The notes: generated from the letters alone by a model not told the origin. A stretch of DNA of 28,824 bases from an uncultured delta proteobacterium (GCA_963847445.1 CAWJZV010000029.1:1-28824), one strand, 5' to 3'; positions 18,751 to 27,564 are shown, numbered from the stretch's first letter. Program-made: numbers and translations.

Positions 18751-19932
18751 TTATATCACTCCGTTGGTCTTCAATTCCTTAACAGCATTGCCGTCGTAAC
18801 CCAACCTCGCCAATATTTCTTCGGTATTCTCCCCGAGCAGCGGCGCGGGACGAAAAAACTTTGGCGGTGTGCCGGACATGTTGATCGGGCTGCCGACCAG
18901 ATTGCTCACGCCCATCTTGGGATGCTCGATCTGTTTGGGTATGCCCAGATGTTTGATCTGCGGGTTGTCGAACACTTCCTGGATCGTGTTGATCGGCGCA
19001 TTGGGGATGTTGTTGGCGTCGAGGCGCGGCAGCCAGTAGTCGCGGCGCTTCTTGACGAACGCCGCGCGCAGCATTGTGACGATCTCGTCATGGCGATCGC
19101 TGCGCTGCTTGCGCGTGGCGAAGCGCGGATCGCCGACGCGCTCGTCGAGTTCGCCGGCTTTGAGCAGACCCTCCCAAGCTTGGTTGTGGCCGGACAGATG
19201 GACCATGAACGGTTTCTTATCACAATCGAGCAGGCTGTAAATTCGCCCCTTGGGAAAATTCTCCCGCGACACCGCTTCGCCGCCGTTCAAGTAATCCGAA
19301 ACATGGGATTCGATGAAGGCGATGGCGACTTGCAGGAGCGAGACGTCGATAAACTGGCCAACCCCGGTTTTGGCCCGCGCCAAAAGCGCCGCCATGATGC
19401 CGTGAGCGGCGAAAATGCCGGCCGAGTGGTCGACGAAGGAGATGCCGGCGACTTTAGGATCGTCGAGATCGGTGACCAGGCTCATCATGCCGCTGAGCGC
19501 CTGGCCGATGGTGTCAAAGCCGGGTTTGTCACGGTACGGGCCGCTCTGGCCGTAGCCGGAGATCGAGCAGTGGATCAATTGAGGATTCAATTTCGCCAGT
19601 TCGTCGTAGTCGAGGCCCAGCTGTTGGCGCGTCGGCGGGCGAAAGTTTTCCAAAAAAATATCCGCCGTGGCGAGTAGCTTGGACAAAATCTCACGAGCCT
19701 TTTTGTCGCGCAGGTTGAGCGTGAGGCTTTTTTTATTACGATTGAGCGCGCGGAAACTCGGACCGTAGCCGTCGTATTTGGGATTGCGCCCGCGGTGGGT
19801 GTCGCCGCCCTTGGGCAGCTCGACTTTGATCACTTCACAACCCAGGTCGCCGAGCAAGCTGCCGGCGTAGGGCCCGGCCACATGGCCGCTGACATCGATA
19901 CAAGTGAATCCTTCGAGTGCGCCGGAGATCAT
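18751..19932 (-). CDS. Family III (CaiB/BaiF) CoA-transferase
   Basis: VAGPYAGSLLGDLGCEVIKVE, NRNKKSLTLNL, ENFRP, SISGYGQSGPYRDKPGFD, APLLGENT. Confidence 0.95.
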   Translation of the reverse strand: MISGALEGFTCIDVSGHVAGPYAGSLLGDLGCEVIKVELPKGGDTHRGRNPKYDGYGPSFRALNRNKKSLTLNLRDKKAREILSKLLATADIFLENFRPPTRQQLGLDYDELAKLNPQLIHCSISGYGQSGPYRDKPGFDTIGQALSGMMSLVTDLDDPKVAGISFVDHSAGIFAAHGIMAALLARAKTGVGQFIDVSLLQVAIAFIESHVSDYLNGGEAVSRENFPKGRIYSLLDCDKKPFMVHLSGHNQAWEGLLKAGELDERVGDPRFATRKQRSDRHDEIVTMLRAAFVKKRRDYWLPRLDANNIPNAPINTIQEVFDNPQIKHLGIPKQIEHPKMGVSNLVGSPINMSGTPPKFFRPAPLLGENTEEILARLGYDGNAVKELKTNGVI

Positions 19933-19968
19933 TTATTTTTGCCTATTCCTAACAGACGGGTTTTACTA

Positions 19969-20066
19969 TCGTCATTCCCGCGCACGCGGGAATCCAGGTT
20001 GTGTTTTGGGTCACGGGACTGAAACCCTACTATAACGGAGCCGCGCCGACCGAGCTGGAATGACGA
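19969..20066. repeat. REP with dRS3-like core ATTCCC-N8-GGGAAT plus a degenerate partner
   Basis: GTCATTCCCGCGCACGCGGGAATCCAG at 19971-19997; GGAATGACGA at 20057-20066 pairs with TCGTCATTCC. Confidence 0.7.
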
Positions 20067-20142
20067 AATGACTATGGTTTCACTTATCGCAATCAAAAAT
20101 GGTTTTCCACCTCGGCTGGTGCAAAGGTTCAAACCCAAAAGA

Positions 20143-20194
20143 GCGTGGGCTTTCTAGCCCGCGTTTAACAAGAGCGGACAGGAATGTCCGCTCT
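20143..20194. repeat. Tandem hairpin pair (REP doublet)
   Basis: GCGTGGGCT-TTCT-AGCCCGCGT and the perfect AGAGCGGACA-GGAA-TGTCCGCTCT. Confidence 0.65.
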
Positions 20195-20397
20195 CCTCTT
20201 TCAATTGGATCGAGACGGGGTCGTCGGCAGTTTGCAACTTTGGCTATCGCGGAGTGCATCCTGAGCAACAGCCGAAGGGCTTCACCCATCCTACAGGACT
20301 TGCGATCTCGGCTTGACTGAGAGCCGCGCGCAGGGTTATAGCTGCCAAGTTCGGCGAATGGGCCGACAATACGTCAACGTTCGGAGGAGCAAAATAG

Positions 20398-20805
20398 ATG
20401 AACTGGCAAGAAGCACTTCCCCTGTTGCAGGGAAATCATACTGGTGTCGCGGCGACTGTCACGCCGAAAGGCCGTGCACAGGCGACCATCGTCTCGACTG
20501 CGGTGCTGGACGGCAAGGTCGGCGTCGCGGCGCGGCCGCGCACCGTCAAGGCTAAAAACATCGAACGGACGGGCCGAGCGGCGATCACGGTCATCAAACT
20601 CGAAAACCGCCGTTACGTCACCGTCGAAGGGCCGGCGTCCATCGAACCGTGGCAAGACACCCCGGCGCACATCAAGCGGCTGAAAGACTTTTACGTTTCG
20701 ATGGGACGAGCCAAGGGAACTGACGAGGAATTTGCCAAGCAGATGCGCGAGGAGCAGCGCAGCCTGATTCTAGTTACCCCCGAGCAGCTCTACGGCAGTC
20801 TTTGA
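20398..20805 (+). CDS. Pyridoxamine 5'-phosphate oxidase-like (split barrel) protein, possibly F420-dependent
   Basis: GGAGGAG RBS; ATVTPKGRAQ, KAKNIERTGRAAITV, YVTVEGPA. Confidence 0.85.
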   Translation: MNWQEALPLLQGNHTGVAATVTPKGRAQATIVSTAVLDGKVGVAARPRTVKAKNIERTGRAAITVIKLENRRYVTVEGPASIEPWQDTPAHIKRLKDFYVSMGRAKGTDEEFAKQMREEQRSLILVTPEQLYGSL

Positions 20806-20900
20806 TCGGCAACCTGGCGAATTTTCCTTTCGCGTCCGCAGGCGTCGGGACGGCAAGCTGGCTTCTACAGTCAAACCAACCTGTCGCCGCGCGACTTGCG

Positions 20901-21059
20901 TCAGTCGCGCAATAGATATTCGCCCGAAAACTTCACCTGATCACTTTCCGGCAGCGGATGGTAGCGCGCCGCCTGAACGTCGCGGAACAGCCGTTCCAGA
21001 CCGAAATCGCGATAGAAACCCGCCCCTCCGACGATTTCCATCGCCTTGGTGACAACCCT
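20901..21059 (-). pseudogene. Acyl-CoA dehydrogenase C-terminal remnant
   Basis: Frame absent from the ORF track: VVTKAMEIVGGAGFYRDFGLERLFRDVQAARYHPLPESDQVKFSGEYLLRD*. Confidence 0.85.
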
Positions 21060-21255
21060 TTTCTAACGTCCAAGATCCTTTCGTAGTGCGCCAGGTTTTT
21101 TTGCCGCTCAACACATGAACAAAATAATCCATCGGCGTCCACACGCCGGCGACATCTTGCTCGATCGGGCACTTGTACTCGACGAAAAGCAGCTCCCCCA
21201 CCGCGAATTTATTGAAATGTAAATTGTCGCGAATCGTCTCGTACATATTCATCAT
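21056..21255 (-). pseudogene. AraC-family regulator N-terminal (cupin-like) remnant, no HTH
   Basis: MMNMYETIRDNLHFNKFAVGELLFVEYKCP...YFVHVLSGKKTWRT, cut off at the ACAD tail; family assigned from motif recall. Confidence 0.6.
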
Positions 21256-21603
21256 GGGGATCATAAAGCCATGGCCTCCGCCTGAATATTTGCCCAGCTC
21301 CTGCATGACTTACCGCACGACCATCTTGCTATTTTGCCGGGCGCTTTCCAAGCTTGGGTTAGGAAACTATATATCGAGTCGAGTGGTAATTGGAGCGCCT
21401 GCAATCGACCGTAATAGTCTTCTCGAGGATTGTAAAAATCCCTCGCGTTCAGGCCAAGAGAGGTTGGCATGCCGGCGCAGGCTCTGCGCCGTAACGACGG
21501 AAGCAAGGGTCAGCTTCGAAGCGACGGATTCACAACCACTCGCGTTCGAGCAGGGGGGGGTTACCAATGCGGTCCCGCGATTCTCGCGCAAGCTGATAAA
21601 AGG

Positions 21604-21633
21604 TTGACAGGATCGCTGATTAGCGCTTACTGT
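21604..21633 (+). promoter_or_regulatory. sigma70-like promoter upstream of GST
   Basis: TTGACA-N18-TACTGT. Confidence 0.5.
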
Positions 21634-21700
21634 CCAAAAAATATGGCGCGCGTTCGGGTGCGGTGCCCGACTTGCACGCTGCGCTAGTTCAAATCAACCG

Positions 21701-21801
21701 GGCATTTCGCGATCGGGGTATGAACCCCGCTCGCGACCAAAGTGGATGTTCAACCCCCTTTGGAAACCCCAGCAATTTTGTGCCCGCAGCAAGCTGCGGG
21801 G
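21701..21801 (+). repeat. ~100-nt structured element, copy 1
   Basis: Homologous to the reverse complement of 24851-24951; shared core CCCCCTTTGGAAACCCCA and two hairpins. Confidence 0.8.
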
Positions 21802-21834
21802 AATGTTAGATTCAAAAAAACCGGAGGTGTTCCC

Positions 21835-22464
21835 ATGATGACGCTCTATTTCAGTCCGGGCGCCTGTTCTTTGGCTTCGCATATTGGTCTCGAAGAAACC
21901 GGCGCGCCCTACGAGGCCAAGCCGATTCTTCTGGCCAAGGGACAGCAGCGCACCGAAGACTATCTGAAGATCAACCCGCGCGGTAAAGTCCCGGCGCTCA
22001 GCGTCGACGGCAAGATCCTGGTCGAGAACACCGGGATACTCACTTATCTGGCGCGGCGATTTCCGGAAAAGAAGCTGCTGCCGGCCGATCCCGCCGAGGA
22101 GGGGCGTTGCATCGGCACCATGTGCTGGTTTTCGAGCGTGGTCCATCCGTCGTACCAGCGCTTCCATCGGCCCGAGCGTTTCGCCGACAGCGAGGTGGCG
22201 CATGCCGCGGTCAAGGAAAACGGCCGAAAGTCGTTCTGGGCCAATCTTCAAGAGATCGACTCGATGATCCAAGCAAACGGCTGGGTCATGGGCAAAGAGT
22301 TCACCGCCGTCGATGGCTACGCTCTGGTTTTTTACGGCTGGGGCGCGCGCAGCGGGTTTCCCATGAAGGACCTCGGTGCCTACACGGCATGGCGGGAGCG
22401 CATGATGCAGCGCCCGACGGTTCGGAAAAGTGTCGAGAGCGAGGAAAGCGTTTCGGCGTCATAG
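21835..22464 (+). CDS. gstA: Glutathione S-transferase, beta class
   Basis: GGAGG RBS; LYFSPGACSLASHIGLEE, INPRGKVPAL, EFTAVDGY. Confidence 0.92.
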   Translation: MMTLYFSPGACSLASHIGLEETGAPYEAKPILLAKGQQRTEDYLKINPRGKVPALSVDGKILVENTGILTYLARRFPEKKLLPADPAEEGRCIGTMCWFSSVVHPSYQRFHRPERFADSEVAHAAVKENGRKSFWANLQEIDSMIQANGWVMGKEFTAVDGYALVFYGWGARSGFPMKDLGAYTAWRERMMQRPTVRKSVESEESVSAS

Positions 22465-22634
22465 TTCGTCATCGAATACTCGCCGCCGCTTGCGGGAAAT
22501 AAATCGTTGCGGCGCGTCATCGCAGCGGAATGCGCTCCCGGTTTGCACTTGAGATTGATTCTTATTGATGAGCCCGCTGATTTAGCTTTCATGCTCCCTC
22601 GTGGTGGCGCGGCTTGAAGGTGGCATTAGAACGT

Positions 22635-23099
22635 ATGTCCGAGCACTACGGTAAACATCCGCTCGCAACCGTGCCGGGAGTGTTTGCGCTTGCCCTATGG
22701 TCGGTTTACTCGCTTTACGCGGCGCTTTACTATCCCGATGTCCTTACCTCAATGCTCATTGCCGGTTGCTTCGGCTTGGCCGCCTGCTTGGCTGTGGTCT
22801 TTAATTTTACCTATTGGCGTTCCACTGTGTTGCTGGCGTCATCGGTTTATTTGTTGCTCTATGTGATTCGAATCGTGCGCATGACGGCGATTGCGAAAGA
22901 TTTCTCGTTTCTGTCTGCGCTCTCCTTTTATTACAGCGCCTCGTGGCGCGTGGCTACGGGCGCGTTTGAAGAGAAAGGTTTGGTGGGTGGTTTGACACAT
23001 GCCTTTTTAGAATTCGCAATGCCCGTGCTGGTGATCGCTCTTATCTCAGTTATTCTATTAACTTCGCGACGGAAGCTTGGCGTTCCGCGGCCCGGCTGA
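22635..23099 (+). CDS. Hypothetical membrane protein (about four TM segments)
   Basis: Long hydrophobic stretches and a basic C-terminus; start uncertain (22614 or 22635). Confidence 0.7.
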   Translation: MSEHYGKHPLATVPGVFALALWSVYSLYAALYYPDVLTSMLIAGCFGLAACLAVVFNFTYWRSTVLLASSVYLLLYVIRIVRMTAIAKDFSFLSALSFYYSASWRVATGAFEEKGLVGGLTHAFLEFAMPVLVIALISVILLTSRRKLGVPRPG

Positions 23100-23216
23100 T
23101 CCAGAGAACCGTGGCGAGAAAAGAGGCCGGTTAGATTTTCTGGCCATCACGAAACTTTTCTGCTTCTATAGAGACAGTGTCGCACCTCAGCATCGAAGGA
23201 AACAGGAGGAAACTAT

Positions 23217-23805
23217 ATGGCCAGGATCAAAGGCGTAACGGAAAGGGACGCCAATGATGATGTGCGGCAGATTGTCGAAGAGCAGAAGAAGCGCCACGGA
23301 TTTGTCTCAAACGCTGCGCAGGTGTCCGCCGTAAGGCCGACAATTCAGAAGGGAGTTCAGGCGCTCGCCGGGGAATTCAGGATTCAGGACTGATAGCGCA
23401 GGAGTTACGCAACCTGGTCTGCGTCAGGACTGCTCACATCAATGGCTGTCCTTATTGAATTGATAGTAACGCATCCGGGGCGATGCAAAACGGAGCGGCG
23501 GGGGACAAGGTCGAAGCCGCATTGGGCGATTACAAGAAAAATCCATTGTTTTCCTTGCGCGAGCGGCTGGCGCTGGAGCTGGCGGAGCGAATGACCTACA
23601 CGGGCAAACGGGTCTCGGATAAGTTTTTCAATCGTCTCAAAAAGCATTTTAGCGACGAGGAATTAGTCGAATTGGCGGCGGTGATCGCCCTCGAGAACTT
23701 TCGCAGTAAGTTCAACCCGGTGTTCGCCATCGAGGCGAACAATTTCTGCCCTCTGCCGGAATCAAAGAAGCTGCCGCCGCCGCCACGCGGCGCTTCCGTG
23801 AGTGA
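23217..23805 (+). CDS. AhpD/carboxymuconolactone decarboxylase-family protein with CxxU motif (probable selenoprotein)
   Basis: AGGAGG RBS; MARIKGV...LRNLVCVRTAHINGCPY-TGA(23456-23458)-IDSNASGAMQ, in frame with ORF 23483 (FSLRERLALELAERMT, HFSDEELVEL, ENFRSKFN). One-base frameshifts at the G run 23370-23373 and probably near 23759. Confidence 0.8.
23471..23486 (+). promoter_or_regulatory. Candidate bacterial SECIS hairpin
   Basis: GCATC-CGGGGC-GATGC, starting after a 12-nt spacer from the in-frame TGA; G-rich loop. Confidence 0.5.
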
Positions 23806-23947
23806 GACGATGCATTTTGCAAATTGAGACGAGCGATCTCATCGCTATTCGTTGGGCCGCGAAGAACTCGGCTCACGGGCGAGAACGTTGATTTTCAACG
23901 ATTGGAGCGCTCACTGACTCTTACGCCGTTCGACCAGGCAAAGCACC

Positions 23948-24458
23948 ATGTGGGACTATACCGGCCATAGGCGGCCGCCTTCGCCGGTACCCGGATCCCG
24001 ACAGGAGTCGGTGTGGGATTATCCTCGGCCGCCCAAACTTGTTGCAGACCATCGGCGCATCGTCGTGCAATGCGGCGATCTTCCCATCGCCGACTCGCGT
24101 GAAACTTATCGCGTCCTGGAGACTGCGGGACCGCCGACTTGTACCGTTCCGGCAGGAATGTGCATGCGGAGCTGCTGAAGCCGTTTCCGGCACGTCGATT
24201 TGCGAATGGAAAGGCGCGGCCCAGTATGGACATTGGCAACGTCGATAGCGCCGCGAGAAGCGATCGCCTGGAGTTATCCGCGGGCGCAAGCGCCATACGG
24301 CGCGATTGCCGATTGCTTTTCCTTCTATCCCGGTCGCGTCGACTGTTGCGTCGATGGCGAGCGCGTGCGCCGCAGGCCCAGGTTATTTCTATGGCGGTTG
24401 GATAACCGATGAAATTGTCGGTCCTTGGAAAGGGGAGCCGGGGACGGAAGGGTGGTAG
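23948..24458 (+). CDS. DUF427-domain protein, multiple frameshifts
   Basis: QESVWDYPRPP, RVLETAGPPT, SICEWKGAA, AWSYP, FSFYPGRVDC, FYGGWIT...GPWKGEPGTEGW* across frames. Confidence 0.85.
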
Positions 24459-24464
24459 CCGGCG

Positions 24465-24791
24465 ATGTTTAGGGAAGAGGGCGCAGTTTTGTTTTTCTTC
24501 CTTGATAGCGCTTGCGACGTCAATCGCCGTTTGGTGCAGGTGCTCACAGCTGCCGAAGAGTTCGGTCATCCGATGATGGCACCTCCCGCCACGCCGCCGG
24601 ATCGGGTGAAGCTCTTACGCCAGGCTTATGCAAAAGCCCTAAGAGACCCGGAGCTGTTGGCCGAAGCGCAAAAAGCGCAATGGGAGCTGGATCCGGTCAC
24701 AGGGGAAGATCTCCAGGAACTGGCGCGCCGGGTGGTGGAGCAACCGCCGGCGGTCATCGAGCAGATCAAAAGAATCTTGCGTTCGAACTAG
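24465..24791 (+). pseudogene. Bug/TctC-like SBP remnant (signal-like head plus C-terminal third)
   Basis: FGHPMMAPPATPPDRVKLLRQAYAKALRDPELLAEAQK parallels the C-terminus of 8115-9200; preceded only by a short hydrophobic head. Confidence 0.75.
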
Positions 24792-24850
24792 GACCGGCTC
24801 GCCTAGTTGACGGCGCCGGCGCCGGGGCTGCGCGGCCTTTCATGTCATTA

Positions 24851-24951
24851 GCCCCGCCTCTTGAGGCGGGCACAGCTAAATGGGGTTTCCAAAGGGGGTG
24901 AACATCCCCGTTGGTCAAGGGCGGGGTTAAATCCCCGCCCGCGAAGATGCC
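24851..24951 (-). repeat. ~100-nt structured element, copy 2, flanked by an ATGTCATT direct repeat
   Basis: Inverted homolog of 21701-21801; ATGTCATT at 24842-24849 and 24953-24960. Confidence 0.8.
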
Positions 24952-24972
24952 TATGTCATTGAAAGCGAGGGA

Positions 24973-25704
24973 ATGATGGATCGAGTAAAAATCGGCTTTC
25001 TCGGCTCCACGGCGCCGTCGAGCCCGCATCTCGACAGCTTCCGCCCCTGCGTGCCACAGGACGTCGAGTTCACCTTCGTGCAGGAGGCGGATGCGGGGGA
25101 TTCCCTTTGGGATGTCAAAGGCAAAACCGAGGGTTTGATTCGCCAGGCCAATGAATTGATCGAGCGCCATGGATGGGACGGCCTGGTGATCAGCGGCGGG
25201 CCCAAAGAAGTTCTCAATCCCGGCATGTGGGAGCGCCTCTGTGTCGAGATCAAAGTGCCGGTGGCCACGGCGCTGCGCTCGTCGGCCCTCGCCCTCAAAG
25301 CGCTCGGCGCCGCGCGGATCCTGCTGATGACCCCGGTCGACGACAAGCTCAAAGAGCTGTACCGAGATTATCTTGCCGGGTTTGGTTTCGCCGCAGTCTA
25401 TCCACCGCAGACCTTGCGCAAGCACACCGACGCGCTCAAGCTCACGCCGCAGGAGGTCGCGCAGATGACGCGCCAAACATTCGCGGCGCACCCAGGGGTC
25501 GACGCGATTTATTTCCAAGGCGCCTTGCTCGATCCATTGCCGATTTTGGACCAGCTCGAAACCGAGCTCCGGGTGCCGATAGTCGCCAGCAGCCTGGCGC
25601 GGATGTGGGATATCCTCTCGCAGCTCGGTCGCAGCTACAGCATACCGGGTTACGGCACCCTGCTCGCCAACTGGCCGCCTTTGCCGCGCCTTGAAAAGGT
25701 GTAA
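24973..25704 (+). CDS. Asp/Glu racemase-fold protein (maleate isomerase/arylmalonate decarboxylase-like)
   Basis: ALKALGAARILLMTP, DAIYFQG, LETELRVPIVAS...MW, IPGYGTLL. Confidence 0.85.
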   Translation: MMDRVKIGFLGSTAPSSPHLDSFRPCVPQDVEFTFVQEADAGDSLWDVKGKTEGLIRQANELIERHGWDGLVISGGPKEVLNPGMWERLCVEIKVPVATALRSSALALKALGAARILLMTPVDDKLKELYRDYLAGFGFAAVYPPQTLRKHTDALKLTPQEVAQMTRQTFAAHPGVDAIYFQGALLDPLPILDQLETELRVPIVASSLARMWDILSQLGRSYSIPGYGTLLANWPPLPRLEKV

Positions 25705-25709
25705 TTCTA

Positions 25710-26002
25710 GCAGCTACGCCTGCATCCAGCGGCCGGTCCGGCAAACTTGTCATCGAGCCGCACCTTGCGTCTCTGAAGATCGTCAGCGGCGGTGCGAGGT
25801 TTTGGATTGGAGAAATGGCAGGAGATTCGAGCATCGACCCCTTGTCATGACCGACCAGACCACGGGCCAGCAAGTTGCGAAGCCGCGCATCATGCGCAAC
25901 GCCGATTCCATTGCTGGAGGATTTTCAATCGGCAAGAGCGACCAGAACCTGCTCGATTACGTCGCAAGCATCGCCTATCAGTACATGAAGGATAATCATT
26001 GA
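25710..26002 (+). pseudogene. C-terminal remnant of a DUF4410-like lipoprotein
   Basis: KLVIEPHLASLKIVSGGARFWIGEMAGDSSID/LVMTDQTTGQQVAKPRI...YQYMKDNH*; no start codon, one frameshift; family assigned from motif recall. Confidence 0.55.
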
Positions 26003-26265
26003 TTGGTAGAGGGCCGAAGATATACCGGGAGTCTTTTCTAAAGCTAGTTTGCTATTGCATGCTGATATGGCACTGAGTTCCGACCCTAAAGCACTGAAAA
26101 GAGTCCTCGATACTCAGGCGCATAGACCCAATGATGCCCCAAAATTCAAACTGATAAGACCGGAGAGAAATTGATTCAAATTAAGCCAGAGTGTGTAGCA
26201 CGGAACTGACGCGCGAAAATCAATTTGATCGTGACTCTTCCACCGCGGAATTAGTAGTCTTGGTC

Positions 26266-27564
26266 TTAGCCTGAAGCTTTTCCCTCCTTCACTTCGGTTT
26301 CCAGAACGATCCCGCGGGCGGCCAAGATGGGCTTTGCCGCCTCGCGAAGGCGGGGCAATTGGCGGGCGAAGACAATTCCGGCAACAGCGCAAAATCCGCC
26401 GCCGATTGCCACGACCAGCGGAGCGCCGACCTGGTCAGCGGCCCAACCTGCCAGCAAACTGCCGAACGGTGCCATGCCGACCAGCATCATCGAGAACAGG
26501 CTCATCACCCGGCCGCGCATTTCGCGGTCGGCCAGGGTTTGCAGCGCAGTATTGCTCGCGGCGATCAGCACCATCCAACCACAGCCGACGCCGACTAGAA
26601 GCACGAGCGAAAGCCAAAACACGCGGGCAACGGTAAAAAACATCAGTCCCATGCCGAATCCCACGGTGGCGATCACGATGACGCGGCCAAGCCCGATAAT
26701 GTTTTTTCGTTGGGCGAGGAATAGCGCGCCGATGAGCGCGCCCAAACCGACCGCTCCGAACATCGTTCCAAGCGCATCGGCGCCGCTGTTATGCAAATGA
26801 GCCGCAAACACCGGCATCAACGTCATGTAGGGCATGCCCATGACACCGACTACAGCCAAGAGTATCAGCAGATCGCGTATGGGCGTTGTCGCTAAAGTGT
26901 AGTGATAACCTTCGATCAACGAACGCCCGATGGAAATTGCCTTCGTCCCCTGCTGCGGTGCCGTCGCGAACTTCATCATGAGCAAGGCCAGGATCGTCGC
27001 TATGTAACTCGCCGCGTTAATAATGAAACAAACGCCCTCGCCGAATTTAGCCACGACCAACCCGGCGAGCGCCGGCCCGACGATTCGCGCCGCGTTGATC
27101 ATGGAGGAATTGAGCGCGACGGCATTCGCCAAGTCATCTGGTTCAACCAGTTGATGCACCAGAGCCTGACGCGCAGGCATGTCGAAGGCATAGACAACCC
27201 CTAGCGCGGCTCCCAACAGGATAATATGCCAGGGTTGTATCCAACCCATCAGCGTCAGCGCGGCTAAAATAAGCGCTTGGCCGAGAGCCGCGAACTGCGT
27301 CCATACCGCGACCCGATGGCATGAATAGCGGTCGCTGAACACGCCGCCGAGGGGGCCCAATGCAAGGATCGGAATCTGCGATGCGAAACCGACGACGCCG
27401 AGCAGGGTTGCCGAGCCGGTTAGACGATAGACCAGCCAGCTCAGCGCCACCTGCTGCATCCAAGTGCCGCAAACCGAAACCAATTGGCCAGTAAGATACA
27501 GCCGGTAATTACGATGACGCAGGGAACGCCATAGCGGTGATGAAGCGGTGGATTTTGATTGCAT
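26266..27564 (-). CDS. MFS transporter (MFS_3/DHA3-like)
   Basis: SLRHRNYRLY...GTWMQQVALSWLVY, FDMPARQA, ARIVGPALAG, MRGRVMS; about 12 hydrophobic segments. Confidence 0.93.
   Translation of the reverse strand: MQSKSTASSPLWRSLRHRNYRLYLTGQLVSVCGTWMQQVALSWLVYRLTGSATLLGVVGFASQIPILALGPLGGVFSDRYSCHRVAVWTQFAALGQALILAALTLMGWIQPWHIILLGAALGVVYAFDMPARQALVHQLVEPDDLANAVALNSSMINAARIVGPALAGLVVAKFGEGVCFIINAASYIATILALLMMKFATAPQQGTKAISIGRSLIEGYHYTLATTPIRDLLILLAVVGVMGMPYMTLMPVFAAHLHNSGADALGTMFGAVGLGALIGALFLAQRKNIIGLGRVIVIATVGFGMGLMFFTVARVFWLSLVLLVGVGCGWMVLIAASNTALQTLADREMRGRVMSLFSMMLVGMAPFGSLLAGWAADQVGAPLVVAIGGGFCAVAGIVFARQLPRLREAAKPILAARGIVLETEVKEGKASG

Noticed and set aside
20313-20343. Promoter TTGACT...TTATAGCT before the PPOX gene
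   Set aside because: The -10 box does not fit TAnnnT at a normal spacing
22380-22592. 70-aa minus-strand ORF with a GAGGGAG RBS-like sequence
   Set aside because: Overlaps the GST 3' end antisense and shows no protein-like motif
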